A stretch of DNA of 32,000 bases from Nonlabens ponticola (lineage in GTDB: Bacteria > Bacteroidota > Bacteroidia > Flavobacteriales > Flavobacteriaceae). Each line of letters starts with the position of its first letter. The stretch's first letter is position 1. Where the stretch lies: NCBI RefSeq assembly GCF_003966335.1, contig NZ_CP034549.1, positions 150,001 through 182,000 on the forward strand. The letters run 5' to 3'. The translations under genes and the position numbers were made by a program. This document shows, piece after piece, positions 1-9,335 of this stretch. Under the pieces are notes generated by a model, which had not been told where the DNA came from, searched no databases, and was given only the letters and a program-made list of their open reading frames with translations.

Positions 1-1605
1 GATCGTGATTCTGGTGCTGTTCAAGATAGTTTTGTTATAGACTTTGAAGACCGAGGTGATTTCAATTCCATTTACAGCATTGAATTTTCAAAATCTGGCA
101 GATACCTTTATGCTAGCACCGTTTTTGACGGTATTTATCAAATTGATTTGCAAGATCTCAATTCCGAAGATGCCCAAAATTCAATTACCCAACTGTTACC
201 TATAAATCCAGTGGTTAGGGATAATGGCGTGCAAGTTCTGGATTGGGCTTTACAAATAGGGCCCAATGATAAAATATATGTTTGCCACGGCGGTTATGAT
301 GCATTAGGTGTTCTAGAAAATCCTGAAAATGAAGCAGGCTCAGTAAATTACAATTTTGCTTCAGTACCATTAGATGGTCTTACCGGAATCAGTTTACCGC
401 AGTTGCCACCTTCTTTTAAATTTGGCGATATCATTACAAGAAACAATTGTAGCGGCGAGACTGTCAATATAGAATTGATTACAAACATTCTAGGTACAGT
501 GACTTGGAATTTAGGTGATGGCACTATAATAAGTGGTAATCCCATTGATCATATATATAGCGACTCAGGCACGTATCAAATAACCGCTACTGTCTCTTCA
601 CAATCTGGCAATATAACGTTCAGTCAAGAAATAGAAATGTTTCAAAGCCCGCCAGATTTGAACAATCTAGAAATCATTATTTGTAATGATGACGCGATTA
701 GTCCCAATCAAATTTTAGATCAGATTGATGATTTCGATGATAGGGAACTTTATGAAATTGGACTTTATTCATCCGTAAACGATGCAATGGAGATGATCAA
801 TGAAATTAGTGATCCTATTACTCTTAACGACAGTACGACTGAACTTTTTCTCAATATCTACAATCCAGATAATCTTGCTTGCTCTAATATCACTACGCTT
901 GAGATCACAAAAGAAAACCTTGACATTGACAATTTTCAAGAATTAGAGATTTGTCCAAATGCTGCAACGACGATCTATGCACCAGAAGGATTTAATAATT
1001 ATCAATGGTCTGATGGAACGACAGGCCAGCAAATAGATATCACAAACGCTGAAAGTATTAGCGTCTCGTTCAATACCAGAGCTGACGATTCAGGTTGTGA
1101 ACTAGAAGTACATTACAATTTCATTAATAGATCATTGATTCAAGAAATAGAGGCCCGAGTTGTAGAATCTACTAGCAGTGGCAACACTATTGAAATTTTA
1201 TCGCCGTTGGGTGATGATTATGAATACGCTATCGACGGTATTTCCTTTCAATCAGAGCCATTATTCGAAAATTTACCAAACGGCATCTATACCATAACTG
1301 CACGCGACACCTTGTGTGACCAAGTGTACTCATCAGAAATTGTAATTTCTAGATTGCCAAAATTTTTTACTCCCAATGGCGATGGTTTCAATGACGTATG
1401 GAATCCATTCAGCGATACAGAACGAGATATTTTATTAGTCAGGATTTTTGATAGATACGGTAAGTTGCTTACTCAATTATCACCATCTCAGCCTTCATGG
1501 GACGGCACGATAGACGGACAGGATTTACCCAGCTCAGATTATTGGTATTCCATAATTGATGAAAGCGATAAAGTTATCAACGGACATTTTACTTTGAAAA
1601 GATGA
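1..1605 (+). CDS. Secreted surface protein with a PKD-like repeat and a C-terminal T9SS type B sorting (gliding-motility CHU_C) domain; the 5' end lies outside the window
   Basis: Frame 1 is open from nt 1, so the TTG at 148 in the ORF track is only the first start-like codon. PKD-like WNLGDGT...GTYQITATV is present. The C-terminal LPKFFTPNGDGFNDVW...RIFDRYGKLL...WDG...SDYWY...GHFTLKR fits the Bacteroidota type B sorting domain pattern. Confidence 0.8.
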   Translation, partial: DRDSGAVQDSFVIDFEDRGDFNSIYSIEFSKSGRYLYASTVFDGIYQIDLQDLNSEDAQNSITQLLPINPVVRDNGVQVLDWALQIGPNDKIYVCHGGYDALGVLENPENEAGSVNYNFASVPLDGLTGISLPQLPPSFKFGDIITRNNCSGETVNIELITNILGTVTWNLGDGTIISGNPIDHIYSDSGTYQITATVSSQSGNITFSQEIEMFQSPPDLNNLEIIICNDDAISPNQILDQIDDFDDRELYEIGLYSSVNDAMEMINEISDPITLNDSTTELFLNIYNPDNLACSNITTLEITKENLDIDNFQELEICPNAATTIYAPEGFNNYQWSDGTTGQQIDITNAESISVSFNTRADDSGCELEVHYNFINRSLIQEIEARVVESTSSGNTIEILSPLGDDYEYAIDGISFQSEPLFENLPNGIYTITARDTLCDQVYSSEIVISRLPKFFTPNGDGFNDVWNPFSDTERDILLVRIFDRYGKLLTQLSPSQPSWDGTIDGQDLPSSDYWYSIIDESDKVINGHFTLKR

Positions 1606-1664
1606 ATTCCATGTTCAAAATGCTATCTCGGTCATCATAATTTTAAACGTTTTTTGAATGACTA

Positions 1665-1680
1665 CGCTTTCGCGAAAACC
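1665..1680. repeat. Palindrome family copy A (degenerate, 14/16: CGCTTTCGCGAAAACC)
   Basis: Intergenic, between convergent 3' ends (1605 and 1694). It is followed by TAATC, as in the extended consensus. Confidence 0.7.
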
Positions 1681-1693
1681 TAATCACCACCAT

Positions 1694-1978
1694 CTACAAA
1701 AAATGTAAATACAGCCAGTAGATCAAAAATCCTATAACCATAATAAGTGTCACTATCCTAACAAAGAGTAATCGTCGTTGACCAGATTTGATGACGAGCC
1801 TAATGCGCATCACGTCAATGAAAACTAGTATCAAGCCTAGAATTAGATAGATCCACTTTTGAGTTTGAAATTCCAGCGTGCCTTTGAAAAGAAAAAACAA
1901 TAAAATCAATAGCAGGATGACCATGGACGCGATGTTCCATTTATTGATTTTTGAGCTTGGATTAGGTTTTGACTCCAT
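1694..1978 (-). CDS. Hypothetical small membrane protein (94 aa)
   Basis: ORF with two or three long hydrophobic segments (MVILLLILLFFLF, IYLILGLILVFI, VTLIMVIGFLIYWLYL). No recognised family. Confidence 0.4.
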   Translation of the reverse strand: MESKPNPSSKINKWNIASMVILLLILLFFLFKGTLEFQTQKWIYLILGLILVFIDVMRIRLVIKSGQRRLLFVRIVTLIMVIGFLIYWLYLHFL

Positions 1979-2094
1979 AAATGATGGTGATGTTTTGTGG
2001 CTAATCTCGAGGATAAAGATTAGAGTTTCAAAAGTTCATGCGTTTATGCACAAGCTACTAGCATCTTTAGATCCGAGTATCAATCTAATGATAC

Positions 2095-2271
2095 TTAAGC
2101 CTCTTTGGAGTCACTCTGGACTTGAGGTTCCTTTTTGTATGCCACCCAACAAAATACAATCATTCCAACCACCATCGGAACGTATAGTTCAATTTCCAAA
2201 AATAAGTCGATCAAAATCGCAATGGACGTGAAGATGATGCTGGCTATTAATATGATTTTAAATAATTTCAT
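2095..2271 (-). CDS. Hypothetical small membrane protein (58 aa, below the ORF-track cutoff)
   Basis: Hand translation of the minus strand gives ATG(2271-2269) MKLFKIILIASIIFTSIAILIDLFLEIELYVPMVVGMIVFCWVAYKKEPQVQSDSKEA then TAA (2097-2095). It has two hydrophobic helices. It explains this stretch better than the 1878..2231 plus-strand ORF. Confidence 0.3.
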   Translation of the reverse strand: MKLFKIILIASIIFTSIAILIDLFLEIELYVPMVVGMIVFCWVAYKKEPQVQSDSKEA

Positions 2272-2342
2272 AGATAATGGTCGATTTTCTCAAGTATACA
2301 AAACGTGATATGCAATTCCTAATTTGATTCAGGATGTAATCT

Positions 2343-2350
2343 TACCTTTG
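2343..2350 (+). promoter_or_regulatory. Candidate Bacteroidota -7 promoter box (TACCTTTG) for rpe
   Basis: Exact match to TAnnTTTG, 16 nt upstream of the rpe ATG. A TTTG lies at 2323-2326, but its spacing is shorter than the usual ~19 bp. Confidence 0.3.
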
Positions 2351-2366
2351 CCAAAACCTCAACACC

Positions 2367-3026
2367 ATGCCTAAACTTATTGCACCATCAGTACTAGCTG
2401 CAGACTTTGCCAACCTTCAACGTGATTGCGAGATGCTCAATCGCAGTGATGCAGACTGGTTCCATATTGACATCATGGATGGTGTATTTGTGCCTAACAT
2501 TTCGTTTGGGATGCCTGTGCTGCGTGACATTATCAAACATGCTGATAAAACCATTGATACGCATTTGATGATCGTTGATCCAGATCGATATGTCAAGACT
2601 TTTGCAGATCTAGGTTGCGATATTCTTACTGTTCATTATGAGGCTTGTACTCACTTGCACCGCACGCTGCAAAACATCAAAGCACATGGTATGAAAGCTG
2701 GTGTGGCACTTAATCCGCATACTAATGTTGACCTGCTCAAAGATGTTATTCAAGATATTGATTTGGTGTGTTTAATGAGCGTGAATCCAGGTTTTGGCGG
2801 TCAAAGCTTTATTGAAAACACTTATTCAAAAGTGAGCGAACTGAAAGAATTGATCAATAAAAAAGGTACCGGCACACTTATAGAAATTGATGGTGGCGTG
2901 ACTGATAAAAACGCAAAACAATTAGTGGCCGCTGGAGCTGATGTCCTGGTAGCTGGATCCTACGTTTTTAAATCTAGTGATCAAGAGAAAACAGTCAAAG
3001 AACTTAGAGAACTGGCCAATTCATAA
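2367..3026 (+). CDS. rpe: Ribulose-phosphate 3-epimerase
   Basis: 219 aa. N-terminal IAPSVLAADFANL, HIDIMDGVFVPNISFG, MSVNPGFGGQSF and EIDGGV are the canonical Rpe motifs. Confidence 0.93.
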   Translation: MPKLIAPSVLAADFANLQRDCEMLNRSDADWFHIDIMDGVFVPNISFGMPVLRDIIKHADKTIDTHLMIVDPDRYVKTFADLGCDILTVHYEACTHLHRTLQNIKAHGMKAGVALNPHTNVDLLKDVIQDIDLVCLMSVNPGFGGQSFIENTYSKVSELKELINKKGTGTLIEIDGGVTDKNAKQLVAAGADVLVAGSYVFKSSDQEKTVKELRELANS

Positions 3027-3033
3027 TTGCATT

Positions 3034-3480
3034 ATGAAAAGCATACTTCAAACATCCCTTTTCTTCATCTTTCTAATCACTAGCTCAATGACTAACGCGC
3101 AGAGCATTGAAAAACATGAGTGGAAAGAGCGCGTGCTTCTTATCATGGAAAAAGAATCGGAGTCATCAAACACAGAAAAGCAAATCGACTTGCTTCTGGA
3201 CAATGCTAATGGACTCAAAGAGCGACAATTGGTTACCTATGTTATATCTGAGAAACAGGCACAGAAACTAGATCGTGCAAATGGTAAATTGGTTAAAACG
3301 ACCAACTCAGATCATCTATTCTATCGTTACAACAAGGGAAACGCAGATTTCAAAGTCATTCTCATAGGTCTAGACGGCACAGTAAAAAATAAATATCTTG
3401 AACCTGTAAGTACTAAAAAACTGTTTACCATCATCGACGGCATGCCCATGAGAAAAGCAGAGATAAAGAAGGGAAATTAG
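3034..3480 (+). CDS. DUF4174 domain-containing secreted protein
   Basis: I prefer the ATG at 3034 (MKSILQTSLFFIFLITSSMTNAQ signal peptide) to the 2977 start, which overlaps rpe. WKERVLLI..., FKVILIGLDGTVKNKY and IIDGMPMRKAE fit my recollection of the DUF4174 pattern. Confidence 0.65.
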   Translation: MKSILQTSLFFIFLITSSMTNAQSIEKHEWKERVLLIMEKESESSNTEKQIDLLLDNANGLKERQLVTYVISEKQAQKLDRANGKLVKTTNSDHLFYRYNKGNADFKVILIGLDGTVKNKYLEPVSTKKLFTIIDGMPMRKAEIKKGN

Positions 3481-3573
3481 TAGTTAATCCTATTCATTCA
3501 ATCTCGCAAATAGCTACGACTAGTTTAAGTCAATATTTAAATTTTACTTCCTACCAGCCAGTATCTTTGCTTT

Positions 3574-4563
3574 ATGGCTGTAGATATTTATGACGTTCTC
3601 ATCATTGGCGCTGGTCCTATAGGGATTGCTTGCGCGCTTGAAGCTAAAAAGGCTGGACTAGATTATCTAGTCATAGAAAAAGGACCGCTGGTCAACTCGC
3701 TGTACCACTACCCGACCAACATGAACTTTTTCAGCACTAGTGAGAAACTAGAGATTGATGAGATTCCGTTTATTTCTAAAGAAGCCAAACCTAGCAAACA
3801 AGAAGCCTTAGAATATTACCGCAGGATTGCCACCTCTAGCAATTTGAACATCCATCTTTTTGAACTGGTTAAGTCGGTGAACAAGTCTAGTGATTTTGAG
3901 ATCATCACTGATAAAGCTACCTATCATTCCAAAAGTATCATAGTCGCCACAGGATTCTATGATATACCAAACAAATTGAATGTCCCTGGCGAGAATCTAT
4001 CTAAGGTCACGCATTACTATGATGACCCGCATTTGTATGCGTTCCAAAAAGTAGCCATCGTAGGCGCCAGCAATAGCGCAGTCGATGCCGCGCTAGAAAT
4101 CTATCGTAAAGGTGGCGAAGTAAGCATGATCGTGCGTGGCAATTCTATTGGTGATCGCGTAAAGTATTGGGTAAAACCAGATATTGAGAATCGTATTAAA
4201 GAAGACTCTATCGCAGCTTATTTCAATGCAGAAATTACTCAGATCAAGGCAAAAAGCATCGTCTTTACCCAAAATGGCGAGACCCATGAGATCGCAAATG
4301 ACTTTGTGGTAGCACTGACTGGCTACAAGCCCAACTTTAATTTTCTCAAGATGCTGGGCGTAGAATTAGAGGGTGGTCGCAAGATTCCCAACTACGATCC
4401 ACGCACTATGCAAACCAATGTTTCGGGAATTTATCTAGCAGGTGTAATTTGTGGCGGTCTGGACACGCACAAATGGTTTATAGAGAACAGCCGTGTCCAC
4501 GCTGAGTTGATCATCAAGAATATCACAAACAGCCAGAATGAACTAGCTGGCGTGGTAGAATAA
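3574..4563 (+). CDS. YpdA-family NAD(P)/FAD-dependent oxidoreductase (putative bacillithiol disulfide reductase)
   Basis: DVLIIGAGPIGIACALE Rossmann motif followed by VIEKGPLVNSLYHYPTNMNFFSTSEKLEIDEIPF, which is typical of the YpdA family. A second dinucleotide motif, VAIVGASNSAVDAALE, is present. Confidence 0.75.
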   Translation: MAVDIYDVLIIGAGPIGIACALEAKKAGLDYLVIEKGPLVNSLYHYPTNMNFFSTSEKLEIDEIPFISKEAKPSKQEALEYYRRIATSSNLNIHLFELVKSVNKSSDFEIITDKATYHSKSIIVATGFYDIPNKLNVPGENLSKVTHYYDDPHLYAFQKVAIVGASNSAVDAALEIYRKGGEVSMIVRGNSIGDRVKYWVKPDIENRIKEDSIAAYFNAEITQIKAKSIVFTQNGETHEIANDFVVALTGYKPNFNFLKMLGVELEGGRKIPNYDPRTMQTNVSGIYLAGVICGGLDTHKWFIENSRVHAELIIKNITNSQNELAGVVE

Positions 4564-4564
4564 T

Positions 4565-5299
4565 TTATCTAGCGGTGTAACCACCATCAATGATGTGGTA
4601 GGAACCAGTCACAAAACTGGCTTCTTCACTGGCCAACCAGTAAACGATGTTTGCTACCTCATCTGGTTTTCCCAATCTACCTATAGGATGTTGGGCAATC
4701 AATTGTTTTTCCTGTTCCTCATCAATTACATCTAGCAGTGGCGTCTCAATATATCCTGGACCTACGGCGTTAATGCGTACACCTTTTTCGGCATACTCAA
4801 TGGCGGCGGTTTTGGTCAAACCTACCACGGCATGTTTTGCCATGACATAGGCCACAGATTGTGGTGACCCTACGGATCCTAGCATACTCGCCATGTTGAC
4901 GATCGCGCCACCTGTTTTTAATAATTCTGGTATCTGCGCCTGGCAACCGTAAAAAACACCGTTTTGGTTCACTGCAATCACGTTGTTGTAGCTTTCCTCT
5001 GGATAGTCTGCCGTTAGTGCCATCTCACCACTTATCCCAGCATTATTTACGGCAGCGTGTAGCGCACCGTATTTATCTACAGTCTTCTGGACAAGCATTT
5101 CGTTTTCAGATTTTTTGGAAACATCTGCTTTAATAAAGTAGGCTGATCCACCTGCATCTTCTATTTCTTTGACAACGCTTTTTGCATCTTCTTCATCCAC
5201 ATCTGAAACGACGACATTATATCCTTCTTTTCCAAATCTATGGGCGATTGCTCTTCCCAATCCACTGGCGGCTCCTGTAACTATGACGGTCTTTTTCAT
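4565..5299 (-). CDS. SDR-family oxidoreductase (classical short-chain dehydrogenase)
   Basis: TGAASGLGRAIA cofactor motif, NNAGI, and the catalytic S...YxxxK (YVMAKHAV). 244 aa. Confidence 0.88.
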   Translation of the reverse strand: MKKTVIVTGAASGLGRAIAHRFGKEGYNVVVSDVDEEDAKSVVKEIEDAGGSAYFIKADVSKKSENEMLVQKTVDKYGALHAAVNNAGISGEMALTADYPEESYNNVIAVNQNGVFYGCQAQIPELLKTGGAIVNMASMLGSVGSPQSVAYVMAKHAVVGLTKTAAIEYAEKGVRINAVGPGYIETPLLDVIDEEQEKQLIAQHPIGRLGKPDEVANIVYWLASEEASFVTGSYHIIDGGYTAR

Positions 5300-5380
5300 T
5301 TTTTCTTTTGAAGATAGCCATCAACAGTCTCAATATGAGTTAATAAAGTCTGAATTGTGTTATAAAGATGATAGGGATTA

Positions 5381-5396
5381 CGCTTTCGCGAAAGCG
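5381..5396. repeat. Palindrome family copy B (perfect CGCTTTCGCGAAAGCG; extended GGATTACGC...GCGTAAC)
   Basis: Intergenic, downstream of the polyferredoxin gene stop (5450) and upstream of the SDR start (5299). Confidence 0.95.
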
Positions 5397-5449
5397 TAAC
5401 AGCCACAAGCACACTAACAAGGAAATTTCTCTAGAAAACTGCAAATAGA

Positions 5450-7093
5450 TTATGCAGACTTGTTGCTTTTCAACAACTCCATCAAGTCTGGATCTTGACC
5501 TAAAAGCACAGCCTCACTATTGATTCGACCTTCTAGCGGGCCGTTCTCCAATTTAAGAACGCCACGTGGACAAACCGCGCTACAAATACCGCAGCCTACA
5601 CAGCTGGCACGTATGATGTTTTCGCCCTTTTGAGCATAGCTGCGCACGTCAATTCCCATCTCACAGTAAGTAGAACAGTTACCACATGAAATACACTGAC
5701 CACCATTAGTCGTTATGCGAAATTTTGAAAACAAACGCTGCTGCAATCCCAAGATCGCCGCCATAGGACAACCAAAACGGCACCAAACGCGATTACCAAA
5801 AATGGGATAGAAACCAGTACCAATAACGCCAGAAAATATAGCACCAATCAAAAACCCATACAGACTCTTAACAGCAACATCCAGTGAGTAGATTTTCTCA
5901 TTAATACCGAATGAAAAGTAAGCAGCATTCACCTGTATCTGCGTGATGTCCACAAAGTAGATCAAAGCAACAGATGCTAATGATATAGCCAGATAAACCG
6001 TTGCACCAACAATCGCATCTTTCTTGAGCGTATCACGCTTCCAGATCATCACAGCTGCATACAAAACCACGAGAAGTGCCGCCACCGAAAACAAAAAGGT
6101 ATCTCTGGATAACCAGTAACCTTCGCCCTCATAACCTAGATAAACGCTTACCACAGTAGTCGTCATCATAACCACAAAAACGAGAACACTGTGTACTACC
6201 CAACGTTCTACTTTCCATGCAGCCTGTGACTTGTCAGACAATTGTCTAAAAGAATCTCCAGCAGTCTCGGCCAGGCCACCACAACCACAAACCCAACTAC
6301 AGTACCAGCGCTTACCATATTTGTATGTCAGTATAGGTGTGATGATAAAAATGGACGCTAGCCCAAAAAACAGCAAGAACATACCAATAGCACCAGAACT
6401 GATAAAGTCATTGATGCGGTATTGCTCAAAGTTGTAATAGTTGAGTGGCCAGATGTTTTTAAGATCGTAGTAAGGCAAGTTGAATCCGTCGCCGTTCAAT
6501 CGTGCCATAAATTCTGGAATCAAGAATGCAAAAGCCGTCTGAAAAAACATGACGCTGCTCGTGCGTATGATTTCATATCTATTGTGTCTATACTTCCAGA
6601 TAAATTTGACACCAAAAGCTAAAATAGCTACCGTATAGAGCGTACCATAAACAAACCATTGACTGGCAGGATTACCACTCAGCGCACGGCTCAAAGGATC
6701 AAATAGCGCCACCACACCAGTATTGGCACCATCTGGATTAAGGCCTAGCAATTCTGCATAGAAGTAGAGCACGATGTAAAATCCAGTAAGCGCAATTCCA
6801 GCCATCCAGCCTAAAACACCACGACTGGAAATAGACTTGAACCACACGCCGTCATTTTTAATTCCAGCCTGTTTGTGGGCATAACTAGCAATGGTAAAAC
6901 CTATAATCCCGACGCTCATTAGCACCAAAGATGCTGTGAGCCACAAAGCAGCATTAGTTATAGATTGATTGAAAAGATGCAAGACGAGGATACCTAATCC
7001 TGCCATACCAGCAAAAACCGATGCGCGTTGACCTGCATTAAGTGATTTTGGCGGCTCGCCAGTTAAGGACATACTTTTTTGAACAGTGGACAT
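5450..7093 (-). CDS. Polytopic membrane 4Fe-4S ferredoxin-type protein (NapH/polyferredoxin-like)
   Basis: Many hydrophobic helices, plus Cys clusters YCSWVCGCGG and VWCRFGCPMAA. Two classical ferredoxin motifs are present: CISCGNCSTYCE and CVGCGICSAVCP. Confidence 0.7.
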   Translation of the reverse strand: MSTVQKSMSLTGEPPKSLNAGQRASVFAGMAGLGILVLHLFNQSITNAALWLTASLVLMSVGIIGFTIASYAHKQAGIKNDGVWFKSISSRGVLGWMAGIALTGFYIVLYFYAELLGLNPDGANTGVVALFDPLSRALSGNPASQWFVYGTLYTVAILAFGVKFIWKYRHNRYEIIRTSSVMFFQTAFAFLIPEFMARLNGDGFNLPYYDLKNIWPLNYYNFEQYRINDFISSGAIGMFLLFFGLASIFIITPILTYKYGKRWYCSWVCGCGGLAETAGDSFRQLSDKSQAAWKVERWVVHSVLVFVVMMTTTVVSVYLGYEGEGYWLSRDTFLFSVAALLVVLYAAVMIWKRDTLKKDAIVGATVYLAISLASVALIYFVDITQIQVNAAYFSFGINEKIYSLDVAVKSLYGFLIGAIFSGVIGTGFYPIFGNRVWCRFGCPMAAILGLQQRLFSKFRITTNGGQCISCGNCSTYCEMGIDVRSYAQKGENIIRASCVGCGICSAVCPRGVLKLENGPLEGRINSEAVLLGQDPDLMELLKSNKSA

Positions 7094-7120
7094 AATAAAT
7101 GCTTTTGGTGGTTACAACAA

Positions 7121-8422
7121 CTATGCGGTTTGTGCAGCTTCTTTAAAATCAAAGTCTGCTTTTATGGCTGCAAATGGTTTGGTATAAAACTCTGGATTGA
7201 AACAAGACTTCTCAATATTAGAAATCACTTGATCTACCGTGCGCTCGTCAGTGAGCCATTGGTCAAATACCTCATGTCGCATGCGTATCCCAAAAGTGTT
7301 GATGCCAATGAACTTACGACTGGCGATATTGTACTCAACCGTGATGGCGCGGTCCTCTTTAAGATCTTTCCAGTGGTAGTGCGCGTGCCCTTCTTTTGGT
7401 ACAGCCCATACCCAACCATAGGTTTGATATTCGATATCCATGAACTTGGCACTATTGAACCAGTGTCCTGGATTCCATTTTTTAGGATTACCACATAAAG
7501 TTTGTGCCAGCGTCTCGCCCATCATGCGACCTGTGTACCAAACTGCTTCTACTGACTTGCGCTCGCCTACTGGCTCACGTTGTTGCGCGCAATCGCCTAT
7601 GGCATAAACATCAGGATAATTCGTCTGTAAATGACGATCAACTAGAATACCGCGATCGGTTTCTATGCCGCTGCCTGTTAAAAAGCCAATTTGAGGTCGC
7701 ACTCCAGCGCAAAGTCCGACAAGGTTGCACTCTATGATTTCGCCTTTGGCGGTTTTGACCGCTTTGACTTTTCCGTTTTCGTCTCCTATGATTTCTGCCA
7801 TTTCTTCTTCATGGCGCAAATCAATATGATGCGACAAGATATGATCTGAAATCATGGTAGCGTCTGGCAACGGCAACACGCCACTCCAGAATGCTTTCTC
7901 GCGCACAAGGAATGTCACTGGTATTTTTCTGGTGTGCAGCATTTCGGCAAGCTCGACACCTATCAAGCCACCACCGATGATCACGGCGCGTTTGCAAACT
8001 TGATTATTGGGCGCGTTGATTTCCAGCGCATCTAGATCTTGTCGAGACACCAGCCCTTGAACGCCTTGCAAATCCTGGCCAGGCCAGCCAAACTTGTTAG
8101 GGATACTACCGGTAGCCAGCACCAGTTTGTCATACTGCATTTGGTCGCCAGTTGCAAAAGTGAGTGTCTTAGAATCTGGCTCAACTTGCTTTACGTATGC
8201 GTTCTTGAGCTCGATATTGTTCTTTTCCCAGAACCAATTCTCATACGGTTGCGTGTGCGCAAATTTCATGTGACCCATGTACACATACATCAGCGCCGTG
8301 CGCGAGAAAAAGTAATCTGTCTCTGCACTTATGACAGTAATTCTATGATCTGAAAGTTTGCGTATGTGGCGCGCACAGGTGATTCCTGCAATGCCATTTC
8401 CTATGATAACAATGTGATCCAT
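7121..8422 (-). CDS. NAD(P)/FAD-dependent pyridine-nucleotide-disulfide-type oxidoreductase
   Basis: I prefer the ATG at 8422 (MDHIVIIGNGIAGITCA, a Rossmann motif at the N-terminus) to the listed 8482 start. A second motif, RAVIIGGGLIGVELAEML, is present, along with YAIGDCA near the FAD site. Confidence 0.8.
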   Translation of the reverse strand: MDHIVIIGNGIAGITCARHIRKLSDHRITVISAETDYFFSRTALMYVYMGHMKFAHTQPYENWFWEKNNIELKNAYVKQVEPDSKTLTFATGDQMQYDKLVLATGSIPNKFGWPGQDLQGVQGLVSRQDLDALEINAPNNQVCKRAVIIGGGLIGVELAEMLHTRKIPVTFLVREKAFWSGVLPLPDATMISDHILSHHIDLRHEEEMAEIIGDENGKVKAVKTAKGEIIECNLVGLCAGVRPQIGFLTGSGIETDRGILVDRHLQTNYPDVYAIGDCAQQREPVGERKSVEAVWYTGRMMGETLAQTLCGNPKKWNPGHWFNSAKFMDIEYQTYGWVWAVPKEGHAHYHWKDLKEDRAITVEYNIASRKFIGINTFGIRMRHEVFDQWLTDERTVDQVISNIEKSCFNPEFYTKPFAAIKADFDFKEAAQTA

Positions 8423-8606
8423 ACGTGGTTGGTTTGGGTTGGAAAAGCCTTGGCTGACTTTAAAGCTACAACAAATTAACAATTATTAACAGCCTCGACA
8501 TTATTTAATTCTACCTGTTTACTAGGACAAATTTCCCTGATCGCTCCTTTTTCTATGTATTATCTTTAGGCACAAGCCTTGGCGTGATAATTGAACCTCT
8601 TTTTCC

Positions 8607-9335
8607 ATGAAAATTCAATCCTATAAATTTTTACTTGTTGTAGTGTGGATTTTGGTGGGTTCCGCTTTCGCGAAAGCGCAATTATCAACCATCAACACTG
8701 CTACCAGAGAGCTATTTGCCAACCATGTTGCAGCTGGACAAGTGGACTATGCAGCCATCAAAAAAGATCCTACAAACCTAAATACCGCAATACAATCCAT
8801 TAAAAAGATTAACCTGAACTCTTTGACCGCAGCAGAACGTAAAGCCTTGCTGATCAATGCGTACAACTTATTTACCATCAAAGGCGTGGTAGACGCCTAC
8901 CCTATAAAATCGGTGATGGATGACGCATCATTTTTTGATGCTACCCGATATGAATTAGGCGGTGAAATGGTTTCTTTAAATCAGCTAGAGAAACAAATCT
9001 TATTCAAAGAATTTCCTGACCCACGATTGCATTTTGTTCTCGTTTGTGGTGCCGTAAGCTGTCCACCGCTTAACAACAAGCCTTTTACTGCAGAGAATAC
9101 AGAATTCATGCTCAAGAAACTCACGCGTGCCGCAATCAACAATCCGGCATTGGTAAAGATAGATATGCATGAAAAAGTAGCTTACGTTTCTAAGATTTTT
9201 GACTGGTATGCTGCAGACTTCACCAAAAAAGGGACTTTGATAGATTACCTCAACACCTATCGTGAGGACATGATACCAGATGGTTTCAGCGTCAAGTTTA
9301 TGAGTTATAATTGGTCGCTTAATGATGCAAAATAG
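8607..9335 (+). CDS. DUF547 domain-containing secreted protein
   Basis: Signal peptide ending AFA|KA. LINAYNLFTIKGVV and RLHFVLVCGAVSCPPL fit the DUF547 signature. Confidence 0.75.
   Translation: MKIQSYKFLLVVVWILVGSAFAKAQLSTINTATRELFANHVAAGQVDYAAIKKDPTNLNTAIQSIKKINLNSLTAAERKALLINAYNLFTIKGVVDAYPIKSVMDDASFFDATRYELGGEMVSLNQLEKQILFKEFPDPRLHFVLVCGAVSCPPLNNKPFTAENTEFMLKKLTRAAINNPALVKIDMHEKVAYVSKIFDWYAADFTKKGTLIDYLNTYREDMIPDGFSVKFMSYNWSLNDAK
8663..8678. repeat. Palindrome family copy C (perfect), inside a CDS
   Basis: Lies in the signal peptide of the DUF547 gene and is read as S-AFAKA-Q. Confidence 0.95.

Noticed and set aside
5169-5399. 76-aa ORF ending ...DYAFAKA, spanning the SDR gene start and palindrome copy B
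   Set aside because: Its first half is antisense to the SDR gene. Its C-terminus is only the AFAKA reading of the palindrome, which has no stop in any frame and so tends to extend spurious ORFs.
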